Assembly: GCA_964057225.1 (NCBI GenBank)
Contig: OZ059895.1
Coordinates: forward strand, 12,090,001-12,154,000
Length of the DNA stretch: 64,000 bases
Direction: 5' to 3'
From: Auanema rhodensis
Lineage: Eukaryota > Animalia > Nematoda
Each line of letters starts with the position of its first letter. The stretch's first letter is position 1. Under the pieces are notes generated by a model. The model searched no databases and was not told the DNA's origin. It saw only the letters and a program-made list of their open reading frames with translations. The translations under genes were made by a program, and so were the position numbers. Below are positions 1 through 12,714 of the stretch, in pieces.

Positions 1-1631
1 ACTTGCTCATATTTTTTACTATTGTGGTTGTATATGTTCGCCATTGCTGTTCGTAATATTACTTGACTTTCTTCAATATTATGTGTGTCAGCAATGTGAT
101 TAAGCGATACTGGTGCATTAAGTGCCTCAGTAGGGATTCGATTATTAGTGTCAGATTCTTGTTTATATTCTGTTGTTTTTTTATTCAATAATTCTTCTGT
201 GGTGATCAGTAAAGCCTGATCTTTTTTAATTGTGGGAGTTTCTTTATCTTTTTGGATATTTTGTACATTTTTTCTTCCTTGTGAGCACAAGGCGGAATTA
301 TGATCTCCTTGGCAATTGCGACATTTTTGTTTTCTGCATTCCGAACTTTTGTGTTTATCGGAAAAGCAAATCCAACAGATGGCCTTTCCGCGAATGCGGT
401 ACCTTCTTTTCTCTGGTGTTTCAAATGTGGTGCATTGATAAAAACGATGCTCGGATGAGTCGCAAAAGACACATGGCCAAGTTTGGGTTTTCCGTTGTTC
501 TACGGAGTTTTCTTTATGTGCTACAGATGTGACATTCTCTTTGTGATTTCGAAACTTTTGTTCATGACTATTTCTTGTTTGTTCTCTTAGAATAAACGAA
601 TAGATTTTGTGGTCTACAGCTGCCAGCATTTCTTTAGTAGAATGGTAGTTGTTTGGATGAATTAAAATGTCTTCCACGATGTGGTATGGGAATTTGTTGA
701 GAATCATCGCGGTACACATTTCGCGGGATACTGTAGCTCCGGCTGCTTCAATTTGCCTGATAAGTGCCTTGGTTTCTCCAAATGTTTCTTTGCATGCTTT
801 TGCATTATTGCTTGCAAATCTCAAATTACGTAGTTGTGTTAAAAGAGAGTTGATATCCGACGAATAGTCTCCAAATTCAGAAACTAATGCTTCACGCATA
901 AGCTCATAATTTTGAGCAGAGGGTTCTATTCCTCTGATTGCTATTTGTGAATCGCCTTTGAGGCTTTCACAGAGTAGGTTTACCTTTTCTAAGGTTGTAA
1001 ACTGTTCATTATCATGAACAAGTCTATCAAAACGGCCCCAGAATGATTTGAAGTTCTCTGGTTTGCCATCAAATGTAGGTAGCGACATCGCTGGTTTTTG
1101 GATACTAGTTTGTTGGATGTGTAGGAATGACTTGATAATTTCCAGAAATTGATCATTCGATTTGTTTTCTGTTTCATTGTTTTCTGTTGAGCGATTGCTG
1201 TTGTGCTCAGATTCATTCTTATGAAGCGTTTTTCTCAGCTTTCTAAGTATGCGTTCGGCTTTCATGATGTGTTCGTCAAGCTCAATAATGGCGTTTTGAA
1301 CCTTTTTAATGTTGGGTTCAAAGTCTTCATCGGATGTGAAGGCGATGTACTGTTCGTCTAATGCTTTACGAAGCGTTTTGTCTGATGCTTCGTAAAATTT
1401 TTGGAATTTTTTCTCGTTATCTTGATGATTTTTCAACGATTCTTTGAATTGGTGTTGGACTTTTGTCCAGCGAATGATAAGGCAAGAGAGGGTTTCCTCT
1501 TCTTCCTCAGTGTGGAAGTCGCAATCTACCAGAATACCAGGAAGGTCCTGCACTTCCATCTCGTATCGTGTAAGTAATTCTCCGAGAAACTGGTTAGACT
1601 GTTTGATATGATTGACAAAAAGGAGTGACAT
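1..1631 (-). CDS. gag: BEL/Pao Gag (start of polyprotein, apparently open to the window edge)
   Basis: Hand translation from ATG 1631: MSLLFVNH...LPTFDGKPENFKSFWGRFDRLVH...LEKVNLLCESLKG (DUF1759-like), then triple knuckle CVFCDSSEHRFYQC...CWICFSDKHKSSEC...CRNCQGDHNSALC. Missing from the ORF track, consistent with no stop in the window. Confidence 0.88.
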   Translation of the reverse strand, partial: MSLLFVNHIKQSNQFLGELLTRYEMEVQDLPGILVDCDFHTEEEEETLSCLIIRWTKVQHQFKESLKNHQDNEKKFQKFYEASDKTLRKALDEQYIAFTSDEDFEPNIKKVQNAIIELDEHIMKAERILRKLRKTLHKNESEHNSNRSTENNETENKSNDQFLEIIKSFLHIQQTSIQKPAMSLPTFDGKPENFKSFWGRFDRLVHDNEQFTTLEKVNLLCESLKGDSQIAIRGIEPSAQNYELMREALVSEFGDYSSDINSLLTQLRNLRFASNNAKACKETFGETKALIRQIEAAGATVSREMCTAMILNKFPYHIVEDILIHPNNYHSTKEMLAAVDHKIYSFILREQTRNSHEQKFRNHKENVTSVAHKENSVEQRKTQTWPCVFCDSSEHRFYQCTTFETPEKRRYRIRGKAICWICFSDKHKSSECRKQKCRNCQGDHNSALCSQGRKNVQNIQKDKETPTIKKDQALLITTEELLNKKTTEYKQESDTNNRIPTEALNAPVSLNHIADTHNIEESQVILRTAMANIYNHNSKKYEQ

Positions 1632-1893
1632 TTTTGTCGTAGATGTAGGAATAATGCTTATATTCTTTTTACTTTCTCTTTTTTTTTGTTTGTTTGGTGA
1701 TCACAGTATATGTGATAGTGAATCTCTGTTTCTGTCTGCAGAGTTTGCTTATGGTTCAAGTCTTTTTGGTGTGACTTGACGTGGACTAATGGTTGCCACG
1801 ATTTCTATTAAGTATGTTTTTTGCTCAAACACGCTTGGTTTGAGCTGTATCTCACCTGCCACGCGGGACTTGAAGCGGCTAAGATCTGAACTA

Positions 1894-1905
1894 GCCGATG
1901 CACCA
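1894..1905 (-). promoter_or_regulatory. Primer binding site, tRNA-Gly
   Basis: Minus strand TGGTGCATCGGC, 3 nt inside the LTR; complementary to the tRNA-Gly 3' end ...GCCGATGCACCA. Confidence 0.75.
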
Positions 1906-1908
1906 ATT

Positions 1909-2170
1909 TGTGGCGTTATACCGCAAGTGTATAGTATGGTTGGAAATAAAACACAAAGCGAATATGTAGAAAAGGGTTTATTGATGAATTAACAAGACAA
2001 GCACGGAATAGAATCACTGACTGCGAACGTTAAAAATGTAAGACTGTCCTCCGTTGTTGGGCGGTCGTCTGAAATAAACTGTTACTTATGCCACATGTTA
2101 ACACATATGTTATGCATATGTGTTTTGATCTAGTTACAAAGGAAGGAGATAAAGAGAGATAGAGATAGAT

Positions 2171-2221
<51 letters not shown>

Positions 2222-2303
2222 GATAGAGATAGAGAGAGGTATATATATATATAGAGAGAGAGATAGAGATAACAAAAACAAAACCTACTCGCTTATCGCG
2301 ACA
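1909..2303 (-). repeat. BEL 5' LTR (contains GA/TC microsatellite ~2145-2270)
   Basis: TGTGGCG...CGCGACA imperfect terminal inverted repeat; similar to 58654-59029. Confidence 0.9.
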
Positions 2304-2363
2304 AATTGGAAAAAAAACAATAACGAGGATAAGTATGTAAATCATTGAATATCAGATATTTTC

Positions 2364-2482
2364 GCTTGCGACCATACCACGTTGAAAGTACGCCATCCCG
2401 TCCGATCTGGCAAGTCAAGCAACGTTGGGCCCGGTTAGTACTTGGATCGGAGACGGCTTGGGAATCCCGGGTGCCGTAAGCT
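2364..2482 (+). rRNA. 5S rRNA
   Basis: 119 nt GCTT(G)CGACCATACCACGTTGAAAGTACGCCATCCCGTCCGATCTGG...GTAAGCT followed by a T-run; very similar to nematode 5S. Confidence 0.95.
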
Positions 2483-2893
2483 TTTCAAATTTTTTTAACG
2501 GTCATACCACGTTGAAAGTACGCCATGCAGCTGATTTTCAATTTTATCTCTTCCGTAACAAATGTTTTCAATTTTCCAGCAGTTTTACTTAGATAGCTCA
2601 ACCCAAGGCATTAAAATATCTTCAATCTTATTTCTATATTACAGTTATAAACCAGTAGTTTATGAACCTTCATCTTAACTTTACTGTTTCTATTCATTTC
2701 CTATTGAAACAAACATTGTTTAAACACTATACAACTGTGAAACCTTTTTTAATTTATTGTATTTGGATCTCATAAGATTTGATATCATCGAGGGATTTAG
2801 ATGTTACGTAGAAAATTACATAACTAACATGAAATTTGGAAAAAAAACAATAACGAGGATAAGTATGTAAATCATTGAATATCAGATATTTTC

Positions 2894-3012
2894 GCTTACG
2901 ACCATACCACGTTGAAAGTACGCCATCCCGTCCGATCTGGCAAGTCAAGCAACGTTGGGCCCGGTTAGTACTTGGATCGGAGACGGCTTGGGAATCCCGG
3001 TTGCCGTAAGCT
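2894..3012 (+). rRNA. 5S rRNA
   Basis: Full 119-nt copy. Confidence 0.95.
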
Positions 3013-3422
3013 TTTCAAATTTTTTTAACGATCATGCCACATTGAAAGTACGCCATGCAGCTGATTTTCAATTTTATCTCTTCCGTAACAAATGTTTTTA
3101 ATTTTCCAGCAGTTTTACTTAGATAGCTCAACCCAAGGCATCAAAATATCTTCAATCTTATTTCTATATTACAGTTATAAACCAGTAGTTCATGAACCTT
3201 CATCTTATCTTTACTGTTTCTATCTATTTCCTATTGAAACAAACATTGTTTTAACACTATACAACTGTGAAACCTTTTTTAATTTATTGTATTTGGATCT
3301 CATAAGATTTGATATCATCGAGGGATTTAGATGTAACGTAGAAAATCACATAACTAACATGAAATTGGAAAAAAAACAATAACGAGGATAAGTATGTAAA
3401 TCATTGAATATCAGATATTTCC

Positions 3423-3455
3423 GCTTACGACCATACCACGTTGAAAGTACGCCAT
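3423..3455 (+). pseudogene. 5S 5' stub (33 nt); others at 5755, 7558, 25833, 26762, 55508, 55768, 57121, 57381, 58309
   Basis: 5S nt 1-33 fused directly to spacer GCAGCTG; 130-bp deletion between direct repeats. Confidence 0.9.
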
Positions 3456-3821
3456 GCAGCTGATTTTCAATTTTATCTCTTCCGTAACAAATGTTTTCGA
3501 TTTTCCAGCAGTTTTACTTAGATAGCTCAACCCAAGGCATCAAAATATCTTCAATCTTATTTCTTTATTACAGTTAAAAACCAGTAGTTTATGAACCTTC
3601 ATCTTAACTTTACTGTTTCTATCTATTTCCTATTGAAACAAACATTGTTTTAACACTATACAACTGTGAAACCTTTTTTAATTTTCTGTATTTGGATCTC
3701 ATAAGATTTGATATCATCGAGGGATTTAGATGTAACGTAGAAAATTACATAACTAACATGAAATTGGAAAAAAAACAATAACGAGGATAAATATGTAAAT
3801 CATTGAATATCAGATATTTTC

Positions 3822-3940
3822 GCTTACGACCATACCACGTTGAAAGTACGCCATCTCGTCCGATCTGGCAAGTCAAGCAACGTTGGGCCCGGTTAGTACT
3901 TAGATCGGAGACGGCTTGGGAATCCCGGGTGCCGTAAGCT
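3822..3940 (+). rRNA. 5S rRNA (box C variant)
   Basis: Full copy, TACTTAGATCGG. Confidence 0.93.
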
Positions 3941-4350
3941 TTTCGAATTTTTTTAACGGTCATACCACGTTGAAAGTACGCCATGCAGCTGGTTTTCAAT
4001 TTTATCTCTTCCGTAACAAATGTTTTCAATTTTCCAGCAGTTTTACTTAGATAGCTCAACCCAAGGCATTAAAATATCTTCAATCTTATTTCTATATTAC
4101 AGTTATAAACCAGTAGTTTATGAACCTTCATCTTAACTTTACTGTTTCTATCTATTTCCTATTGAAACAAACGTTGTTTAAACACTATACAACTGTGAAA
4201 CCTTTTTTAATTTATTGTATTTGGAGCTCATAAGATTTGATATCATTGAGGGATTTAGATGTAACGTGGAAAATTACATAACTAAAATGAAATTGGAAAA
4301 AAAACAATAACGAGGATAAGTATGTAAATCATTGAATATCAGATATTTTC

Positions 4351-4469
4351 GCTTACGACCATACCACGTTGAAAGTACGCCATCCCGTCCGATCTGGCAA
4401 GTCAAGCAACGTTGGGCCCGATTAGTACTTAGATCGGAGACGGCTTGGGAATCCCGGGTGCCGTAAGCT
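4351..4469 (+). rRNA. 5S rRNA (box C variant)
   Basis: Full copy. Confidence 0.93.
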
Positions 4470-4880
4470 TTTCGAATTTTTTTAACGATCATACCACGTT
4501 GAAAGTACGCCATGCAGCTGGTTTTCAATTTTATCTCTTCCGTAACAAATGTTTTTAATTCTCCAGCAGTTTTACTTAGATAGCTCAACCCAAGGCATCA
4601 AAATATCTTCAATCTTATTTCTATATTACAGTTATAAACCAGTAGTTTATGAACCTTCATCTTAACTTTATTGTTTCTATCTATTTCCTATTGAAACAAA
4701 CATTGTTTAAACACTATACAACTGTGAAACCTTTTTTAATTTATTGTATTTGGATTTCATAAGATTTGATATCATCGAGGGATTTAGATGTAACGTAGAA
4801 AATTACATAACTAACATGAAATTGGAAAAAAAAACAATAACGAGGATAAGTATGTAAATTATTGAATATCAGATATTTTC

Positions 4881-4999
4881 ACTTACGACCATACCACGTT
4901 GAAAGTACGCCATCCCGTCCGATCTGGCAAGTCAAGCAACGTTGGGCCCGGTTAGTACTTGGATCGGAGACGGCTTGGGAATCCCGGTTGCCGTAAGCT
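4881..4999 (+). rRNA. 5S rRNA
   Basis: Full copy, G1>A. Confidence 0.93.
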
Positions 5000-5409
5000 T
5001 TTCAAATTTTTTTAACGATCATGCCACATTGAAAGTACGCCATGCAGCTGATTTTCAATTTTATCTCTTCCGTAACAAATGTTTTTAATTTTCCAGCAGT
5101 TTTACTTAGATAGCTCAACCCAAGGCATCAAAATATCTTCAATCTTATTTCTATATTACAGTTATAAACCAGTAGTTCATGAACCTTCATCTTATCTTTA
5201 CTGTTTCTATCTATTTCCTATTGAAACAAACATTGTTTTAACACTATACAACTGTGAAACCTTTTTTAATTTATTGTATTTGGAGCTCATAAGATTTGAT
5301 ATCATTGAGGGATTTAGATGTAACGTGGAAAATTACATAACTAAAATGAAATTGGAAAAAAAACAATAACGAGGATAAGTATGTAAATCATTGAATATCA
5401 GATATTTTC

Positions 5410-5528
5410 GCTTACGACCATACCACGTTGAAAGTACGCCATCTCGTCCGATCTGGCAAGTCAAGCAACGTTGGGCCCGGTTAGTACTTAGATCGGAGAC
5501 GGCTTGGGAATCCCGGGTGCCGTAAGCT
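5410..5528 (+). rRNA. 5S rRNA (box C variant)
   Basis: Full copy. Confidence 0.93.
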
Positions 5529-6154
5529 TTTCGAATTTTTTTAACGGTCATACCACGTTGAAAGTACGCCATGCAGCTGGTTTTCAATTTTATCTCTTCC
5601 GTAACAAATGTTAATTTATTGTATTTGGATCTCATAAGATTTGATATCATCGAGGGATTTAGATGTAACGTAGAAAATCACATAACTAACATGAAATTGG
5701 AAAAAAAACAATAACGAGGATAAGTATGTAAATCATTGAATATCAGATATTTCCGCTTACGACCATACCACGTTGAAAGTACGCCATGCAGCTGATTTTC
5801 AATTTTATCTCTTCCGTAACAAATGTTTTCGATTTTCCAGCAGTTTTACTTAGATAGCTCAACCCAAGGCATCAAAATATCTTCAATCTTATTTCTTTAT
5901 TACAGTTAAAAACCAGTAGTTTATGAACCTTCATCTTAACTTTACTGTTTCTATCTATTTCCTATTGAAACAAACATTGTTTTAACACTATACAACTGTG
6001 AAACCTTTTTTAATTTTCTGTATTTGGATCTCATAAGATTTGATATCATCGAGGGATTTAGATGTAACGTAGAAAATTACATAACTAACATGAAATTGGA
6101 AAAAAAAACAATAACGAGGATAAGTATGTAAATTATTGAATATCAGATATTTTC

Positions 6155-6273
6155 ACTTACGACCATACCACGTTGAAAGTACGCCATCCCGTCCGATCTG
6201 GCAAGTCAAGCAACGTTGGGCCCGGTTAGTACTTGGATCGGAGACGGCTTGGGAATCCCGGTTGCCGTAAGCT
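6155..6273 (+). rRNA. 5S rRNA
   Basis: Full copy, G1>A. Confidence 0.93.
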
Positions 6274-6683
6274 TTTCAAATTTTTTTAACGATCATGCCA
6301 CATTGAAAGTACGCCATGCAGCTGATTTTCAATTTTATCTCTTCCGTAACAAATGTTTTTAATTTTCCAGCAGTTTTACTTAGATAGCTCAACCCAAGGC
6401 ATCAAAATATCTTCAATCTTATTTCTATATTACAGTTATAAACCAGTAGTTCATGAACCTTCATCTTATCTTTACTGTTTCTATCTATTTCCTATTGAAA
6501 CAAACATTGTTTTAACACTATACAACTGTGAAACCTTTTTTAATTTATTGTATTTGGAGCTCATAAGATTTGATATCATTGAGGGATTTAGATGTAACGT
6601 GGAAAATTACATAACTAAAATGAAATTGGAAAAAAAACAATAACGAGGATAAGTATGTAAATCATTGAATATCAGATATTTTC

Positions 6684-6802
6684 GCTTACGACCATACCAC
6701 GTTGAAAGTACGCCATCTCGTCCGATCTGGCAAGTCAAGCAACGTTGGGCCCGGTTAGTACTTAGATCGGAGACGGCTTGGGAATCCCGGGTGCCGTAAG
6801 CT
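6684..6802 (+). rRNA. 5S rRNA (box C variant)
   Basis: Full copy. Confidence 0.93.
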
Positions 6803-7212
6803 TTTCGAATTTTTTTAACGGTCATACCACGTTGAAAGTACGCCATGCAGCTGGTTTTCAATTTTATCTCTTCCGTAACAAATGTTTTCAATTTTCCAGC
6901 AGTTTTACTTAGATAGCTCAACCCAAGGCATTAAAATATCTTCAATCTTATTTCTATATTACAGTTATAAACCAGTAGTTTATGAACCTTCATCTTAACT
7001 TTACTGTTTCTATCTATTTCCTATTGAAACAAACGTTGTTTAAACACTATACAACTGTGAAACCTTTTTTAATTTTCTGTATTTGGATCTCATAAGATTT
7101 GATATCATCGAGGGATTTAGATGTAACGTAGAAAATTACATAACTAACATGAAATTGGAAAAAAAACAATAACGAGGATAAATATGTAAATCATTGAATA
7201 TCAGATATTTTC

Positions 7213-7331
7213 GCTTACGACCATACCACGTTGAAAGTACGCCATCTCGTCCGATCTGGCAAGTCAAGCAACGTTGGGCTCGGTTAGTACTTAGATCGGA
7301 GACGGCTTGGGAATCCCGGGTGCCGTAAGCT
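7213..7331 (+). rRNA. 5S rRNA (box C variant)
   Basis: Full copy. Confidence 0.93.
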
Positions 7332-7956
7332 TTTCGAATTTTTTTAACGGTCATACCACGTTGAAAGTACGCCATGCAGCTGGTTTTCAATTTTATCTCT
7401 TCCGTAACAAATGTTAATTTATTGTATTTGGATCTCATAAGATTTGATATCATCGAGGGATTTAGATGTAACGTAGAAAATCACATAACTAACATGAAAT
7501 TGGAAAAAAAACAATAACGAGGATAAGTATGTAAATCATTGAATATCAGATATTTCCGCTTACGACCATACCACGTTGAAAGTACGCCATGCAGCTGATT
7601 TTCAATTTTATCTCTTCCGTAACAAATGTTTTCGATTTTCCAGCAGTTTTACTTAGATAGCTCAACCCAAGGCATCAAAATATCTTCAATCTTATTTCTT
7701 TATTACAGTTAAAAACCAGTAGTTTATGAACCTTCATCTTAACTTCACTGTTTCTATCTATTTCCTATTGAAACAAACATTGTTTTAACACTATACAACT
7801 GTGAAACCTTTTTTAATTTTCTGTATTTGGATCTCATAAGATTTGATATCATCGAGGGATTTAGATGTAACGTAGAAAATTACATAACTAACATGAAATT
7901 GGAAAAAAAACAATAACGAGGATAAATATGTAAATCATTGAATATCAGATATTTTC

Positions 7957-8075
7957 GCTTACGACCATACCACGTTGAAAGTACGCCATCCCGTCCGATC
8001 TGGCAAGTCAAGCAACGTTGGGCCCGGTTAGTACTTAGATCGGAGACGGCTTGGGAATCCCGGGTGCCGTAAGCT
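7957..8075 (+). rRNA. 5S rRNA (box C variant)
   Basis: Full copy. Confidence 0.93.
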
Positions 8076-8485
8076 TTTCGAATTTTTTTAACGGTCATAC
8101 CACGTTGAAAGTACGCCATGCAGCTGGTTTTCAATTTTATCTCTTCCGTAACAAATGTTTTCAATTTTCCAGCAGTTTTACTTAGATAGCTCAACCCAAG
8201 GCATTAAAATATCTTCAATCTTATTTCTATATTACAGTTATAAACCAGTAGTTTATGAACCTTCATCTTAACTTTACTGTTTCTATCTATTTCCTATTGA
8301 AACAAACGTTGTTTAAACACTATACAACTGTGAAACCTTTTTTAATTTATTGTATTTGGAGCTCATAAGATTTGATATCATTGAGGGATTTAGATGTAAC
8401 GTGGAAAATTACATAACTAAAATGAAATTGGAAAAAAAACAATAACGAGTTTAAGTATGTAAATCATTGAATATCAGATATTTTC

Positions 8486-8604
8486 GCTTACGACCATACC
8501 ACGTTGAAAGTACGCCATCCCGTCCGATCTGGCAAGTCAAGCAACGTTGGGCCCGATTAGTACTTAGATCGGAGACGGCTTGGGAATCCCGGGTGCCGTA
8601 AGCT
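8486..8604 (+). rRNA. 5S rRNA (box C variant)
   Basis: Full copy. Confidence 0.93.
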
Positions 8605-9014
8605 TTTCGAATTTTTTTAACGATCATACCACGTTGAAAGTACGCCATGCAGCTGGTTTTCAATTTTATCTCTTCCGTAACAAATGTTTTTAATTCTCCA
8701 GCAGTTTTACTTAGATAGCTCAACCCAAGGCATCAAAATATCTTCAATCTTATTTCTATATTACAGTTATAAACCAGTAGTTTATGAACCTTCATCTTAA
8801 CTTTATTGTTTCTATCTATTTCCTATTGAAACAAACATTGTTTAAACACTATACAACTGTGAAACCTTTTTTAATTTATTGTATTTGGAGCTCATAAGAT
8901 TTGATATCATTGAGGGATTTAGATGTAACGTGGAAAATTACATAACTAAAATGAAATTGGAAAAAAAACAATAACGAGGATAAGTATGTAAATTATTGAA
9001 TATCAGATATTTTC

Positions 9015-9133
9015 ACTTACGACCATACCACGTTGAAAGTACGCCATCCCGTCCGATCTGGCAAGTCAAGCAACGTTGGGCCCGGTTAGTACTTAGATCG
9101 GAGACGGCTTGGGAATCCCGGGTACCGTAAGCT
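9015..9133 (+). rRNA. 5S rRNA (box C variant)
   Basis: Full copy, G1>A. Confidence 0.93.
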
Positions 9134-9542
9134 TTTCGAATTTTTTTAACGATCATACCACGTTGAAAGTACGCCATGCAGCTGGTTTTCAATTTTATCT
9201 CTTCCGTAACAAATGTTTTCAATTTTCCAGCAGTTTTACTTAGATAGCTCAACCCAAGGCATTAAAATATCTTCAATCTTATTTCTATATTACAGTTATA
9301 AACCAGTAGTTTATGAACCTTCATCTTAACTTTACTGTTTCTATCTATTTCCTATTGAAACAAACGTTGTTTAAACACTATACAACTGTGAAACCTTTTT
9401 TAATTTATTGTATTTGGAGCTCATAAGATTTGATATCATTGAGGGATTTAGATGTAACGTGGAAAATTACAAAACTAAAATGAAATCGGAAAAAAAAAAT
9501 AACGAGGATAAGTATGTAAATCATTGAATATCAGATATTTTC

Positions 9543-9661
9543 GTTTACGACCATACCACGTTGAAAGTACGCCATCCCGTCCGATCTGGCAAGTCAAGCA
9601 ACGTTGGGCCCGGTTAGTACTTGGATCGGAGACGGCTTGGGAATCCCGGGTGCCGTAAGCA
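9543..9661 (+). rRNA. 5S rRNA
   Basis: Full copy; first T-run altered. Confidence 0.93.
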
Positions 9662-10071
9662 TTTCAAATTTTTTTAACGATCATGCCACGTTGAAAGTAC
9701 GCCATGCAGCTGATTTTCAATTTTATCTCTTCCGTAACAAATGTTTTTAATTCTCCAGCAGTTTTACTTAGATAGCTCAACCCAAGGCATCAAAATATCT
9801 TCAATCTTATTTCTATATTACAGTTATAAACCAGTAGTTTATGAACCTTAATCTTAACTTTACTGTTTCTATCTATTTCCTATTGAAACAAACATTGTTT
9901 AAACACTATACAACTGTGAAACCTTTTTTAATTTATTGTATTTGGATCTCATAAGATTTGATATCATCGAGGGATTTAGATATTACGTAGAAAATTACAT
10001 AACTAACATGAAATTGGAAAAAAAACAATAACGAGGATAAGTATGTAAATCATTGAATATCAGATATTTTC

Positions 10072-10190
10072 GCTTACGACCATACCACGTTGAAAGTACG
10101 CCATCCCGTCCGATCTGGCAAGTCAAGCAACGTTGGGCCCGGTTAGTACTTGGATCGGAGACGGCTTGGGAATCCCGGGTGCCGTAAGCA
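10072..10190 (+). rRNA. 5S rRNA
   Basis: Full copy; first T-run altered. Confidence 0.94.
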
Positions 10191-10600
10191 TTTCAAATTT
10201 TTTTAACGATCATGCCACGTTGAAAGTACGCCATGCAGCTGATTTTCAATTTTATCTCTTCCGTAGCAAATGTTTTTAATTCTCCAGCAGTTTTACTTAG
10301 ATAGCTCAACCCAAGGCATCAAAATATCTTCAATCTTATTTCTATATTACAGTTATAAACCAGTAGTTTATGAACCTTAATCTTAACTTTACTGTTTCTA
10401 TCTATTTCCTATTGAAACAAACATTGTTTAAACACTATACAACTGTGAAACCTTTTTTAATTTATTGTATTTGGATCTCATAAGATTTGATATCATCGAG
10501 GGATTTAGATATTACGTAGAAAATTACATAACTAACATGAAATTGGAAAAAAAACAATAACGAGGATAAGTATGTAAATCATTGAATATCAGATATTTTC

Positions 10601-10719
10601 GCTTACGACCATACCACGTTGAAAGTACGCCATCCCGTCCGATCTGGCAAGTCAAGCAACGTTGGGCCCGGTTAGTACTTGGATCGGAGACGGCTTGGGA
10701 ATCCCGGGTGCCGTAAGCA
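10601..10719 (+). rRNA. 5S rRNA
   Basis: Full copy; first T-run altered. Confidence 0.94.
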
Positions 10720-11129
10720 TTTCAAATTTTTTTAACGATCATGCCACGTTGAAAGTACGCCATGCAGCTGATTTTCAATTTTATCTCTTCCGTAGCAAAT
10801 GTTTTTAATTCTCCAGCAGTTTTACTTAGATAGCTCAACCCAAGGCATCAAAATATCTTCAATCTTATTTCTATATTACAGTTATAAACCAGTAGTTTAT
10901 GAACCTTAATCTTAACTTTACTGTTTCTATCTATTTCCTATTGAAACAAACATTGTTTAAACACTATACAACTGTGAAACCTTTTTTAATTTATTGTATT
11001 TGGATCTCATAAGATTTGATATCATCGAGGGATTTAGATATTACGTAGAAAATTACATAACTAACATGAAATTGGAAAAAAAACAATAACGAGGATAAGT
11101 ATGTAAATCATTGAATATCAGATATTTTC

Positions 11130-11248
11130 GCTTACGACCATACCACGTTGAAAGTACGCCATCCCGTCCGATCTGGCAAGTCAAGCAACGTTGGGCCCGG
11201 TTAGTACTTGGATCGGAGACGGCTTGGGAATCCCGGGTGCCGTAAGCT
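11130..11248 (+). rRNA. 5S rRNA
   Basis: Full consensus copy. Confidence 0.96.
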
Positions 11249-11657
11249 TTTCAATTTTTTTTAACGATCATACCACGCTGAAAGTATGCCATGCAGCTGA
11301 TTTTCAATTTTATCTCTTCCGTAACAAATGTTTTCAATTTTCTAGCAGTTTTACTTAGATAGCTCAACCCAAGGCATCAAAAAATCTTCAATCTTATTTC
11401 TATATTACAGTTATAAACCAGTAGTTTATGAACCTTAATCTTAACTTTACTGTTTCTATCTATTTCTTATTGAAACAAACGTTGTTTAAACACTATACAA
11501 CTGTGAAACCTTTTTTAATTTATTGTATTTGGAGCTCATAAGATTTGATATCATCGAGGGATTTAGATGTAACGTAGAAAATTACATAACTAACATGAAA
11601 TTGGAAAAAAACAATAACGAGGATAAATATGTAAATCATTGAATATCAGATATTTTT

Positions 11658-11776
11658 GCTTACGACCATACCACGTTGAAAGTACGCCATCCCGTCCGAT
11701 CTGGCAAGTCAAGCAACGTTGGGCCCGGTTAGTACTTGGATCGGAGACGGCTTGGGAATCCCGGGTGCCGTAAGCT
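11658..11776 (+). rRNA. 5S rRNA
   Basis: Full consensus copy. Confidence 0.96.
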
Positions 11777-12186
11777 TTTCAAATTTTTTTAACGATCATG
11801 CCACGTTGAAAGTACGCCATGCAGCTGATTTTCAATTTTATCTCTTCCGTAACAAATGTTTTTAATTCTCCAGCAGTTTTACTTAGATAGCTAAACCCAA
11901 GGCATCAAAATATCTTCAATCTTATTTCTATATTACATTTATAAACCAATAGTTCATGAACCTTCATCTTAACTTTATTGTTTCTATCTATTTCCTATTG
12001 AAACAAACATTGTTTAAACACTATACAACTGTGAAACCTTTTTTAATTTATTGTATTTGGATCTCATAAGATTTGATATCATCGAGGGATTTAGATGTAA
12101 CGTAGAAAATTACATAACTAAAATGAAATTGGAAAAAAAACAATAACGATGATAAGTATGTAAATCATTGAATATCAGATATTTTC

Positions 12187-12305
12187 GCTTACGACTATAC
12201 CACGTTGAAAGTACGCCATCCCGTCCGATCTGGCAAGTCATGCAACGTTGGGCCCGGTTAGTACTTGGATCGGAGACGGCTTGGGAATCCCGGGTGCCGT
12301 AAGCT
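12187..12305 (+). rRNA. 5S rRNA
   Basis: Full copy, 2 substitutions. Confidence 0.94.
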
Positions 12306-12714
12306 TTTCAAATTTTTTTAACGATCATACCACGGTGAAAGTATGCCATGCAGCTGATTTTCAATTTTATCTCTTCCGTAACAAATGTTTTCAATTTTCC
12401 AGCAGTTTTACTTAGATAGCTCAACCCAAGGCATCAAAAAATCTTCAATCTTATTTCTATATTACAGTTATAAACCAGTAGTTTTTGAACCTTAATCTTA
12501 ACTTTACTGTTTCTATCTATTTCTTATTGAAACAAACGTTGTTTAAACACTATACAACTGTGAAACCTTTTTCAATTTATTGTATTTGGAGCTCATAAGA
12601 TTTGATATCATCGAGGGATTTAGATGTAACGTAGAAAATTACATAACTAACATGAAATTGGAAAAAAACAATAACGAGGATAAATATGTAAATCATTGAA
12701 TATCAGATATTTTT

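Larger units (their letters stand above)
1..2303 (-). mobile_element. BEL/Pao LTR retrotransposon, 5' part (5' LTR, PBS, gag); continues beyond window
   Basis: LTR 1909-2303 with TG...CA ends, homologous to 58654-59029; PBS next to it; BEL-type Gag ORF. Confidence 0.93.

Noticed and set aside
2030-2345. SL-repeat ORFs
   Set aside because: Translation of the GA microsatellite in the LTR
2530-2890. SL1 spliced-leader gene in the 5S spacer, as in many nematodes
   Set aside because: No GGTTTAATTACCCAAGTTTGAG seen on either strand; only a short ACCCAAG match
2754-9252. Repeated 60-105 aa ORFs in the array (also at 39290 and 54806-57834)
   Set aside because: Incidental frames over 5S genes and spacer; opened and closed by homopolymer variation
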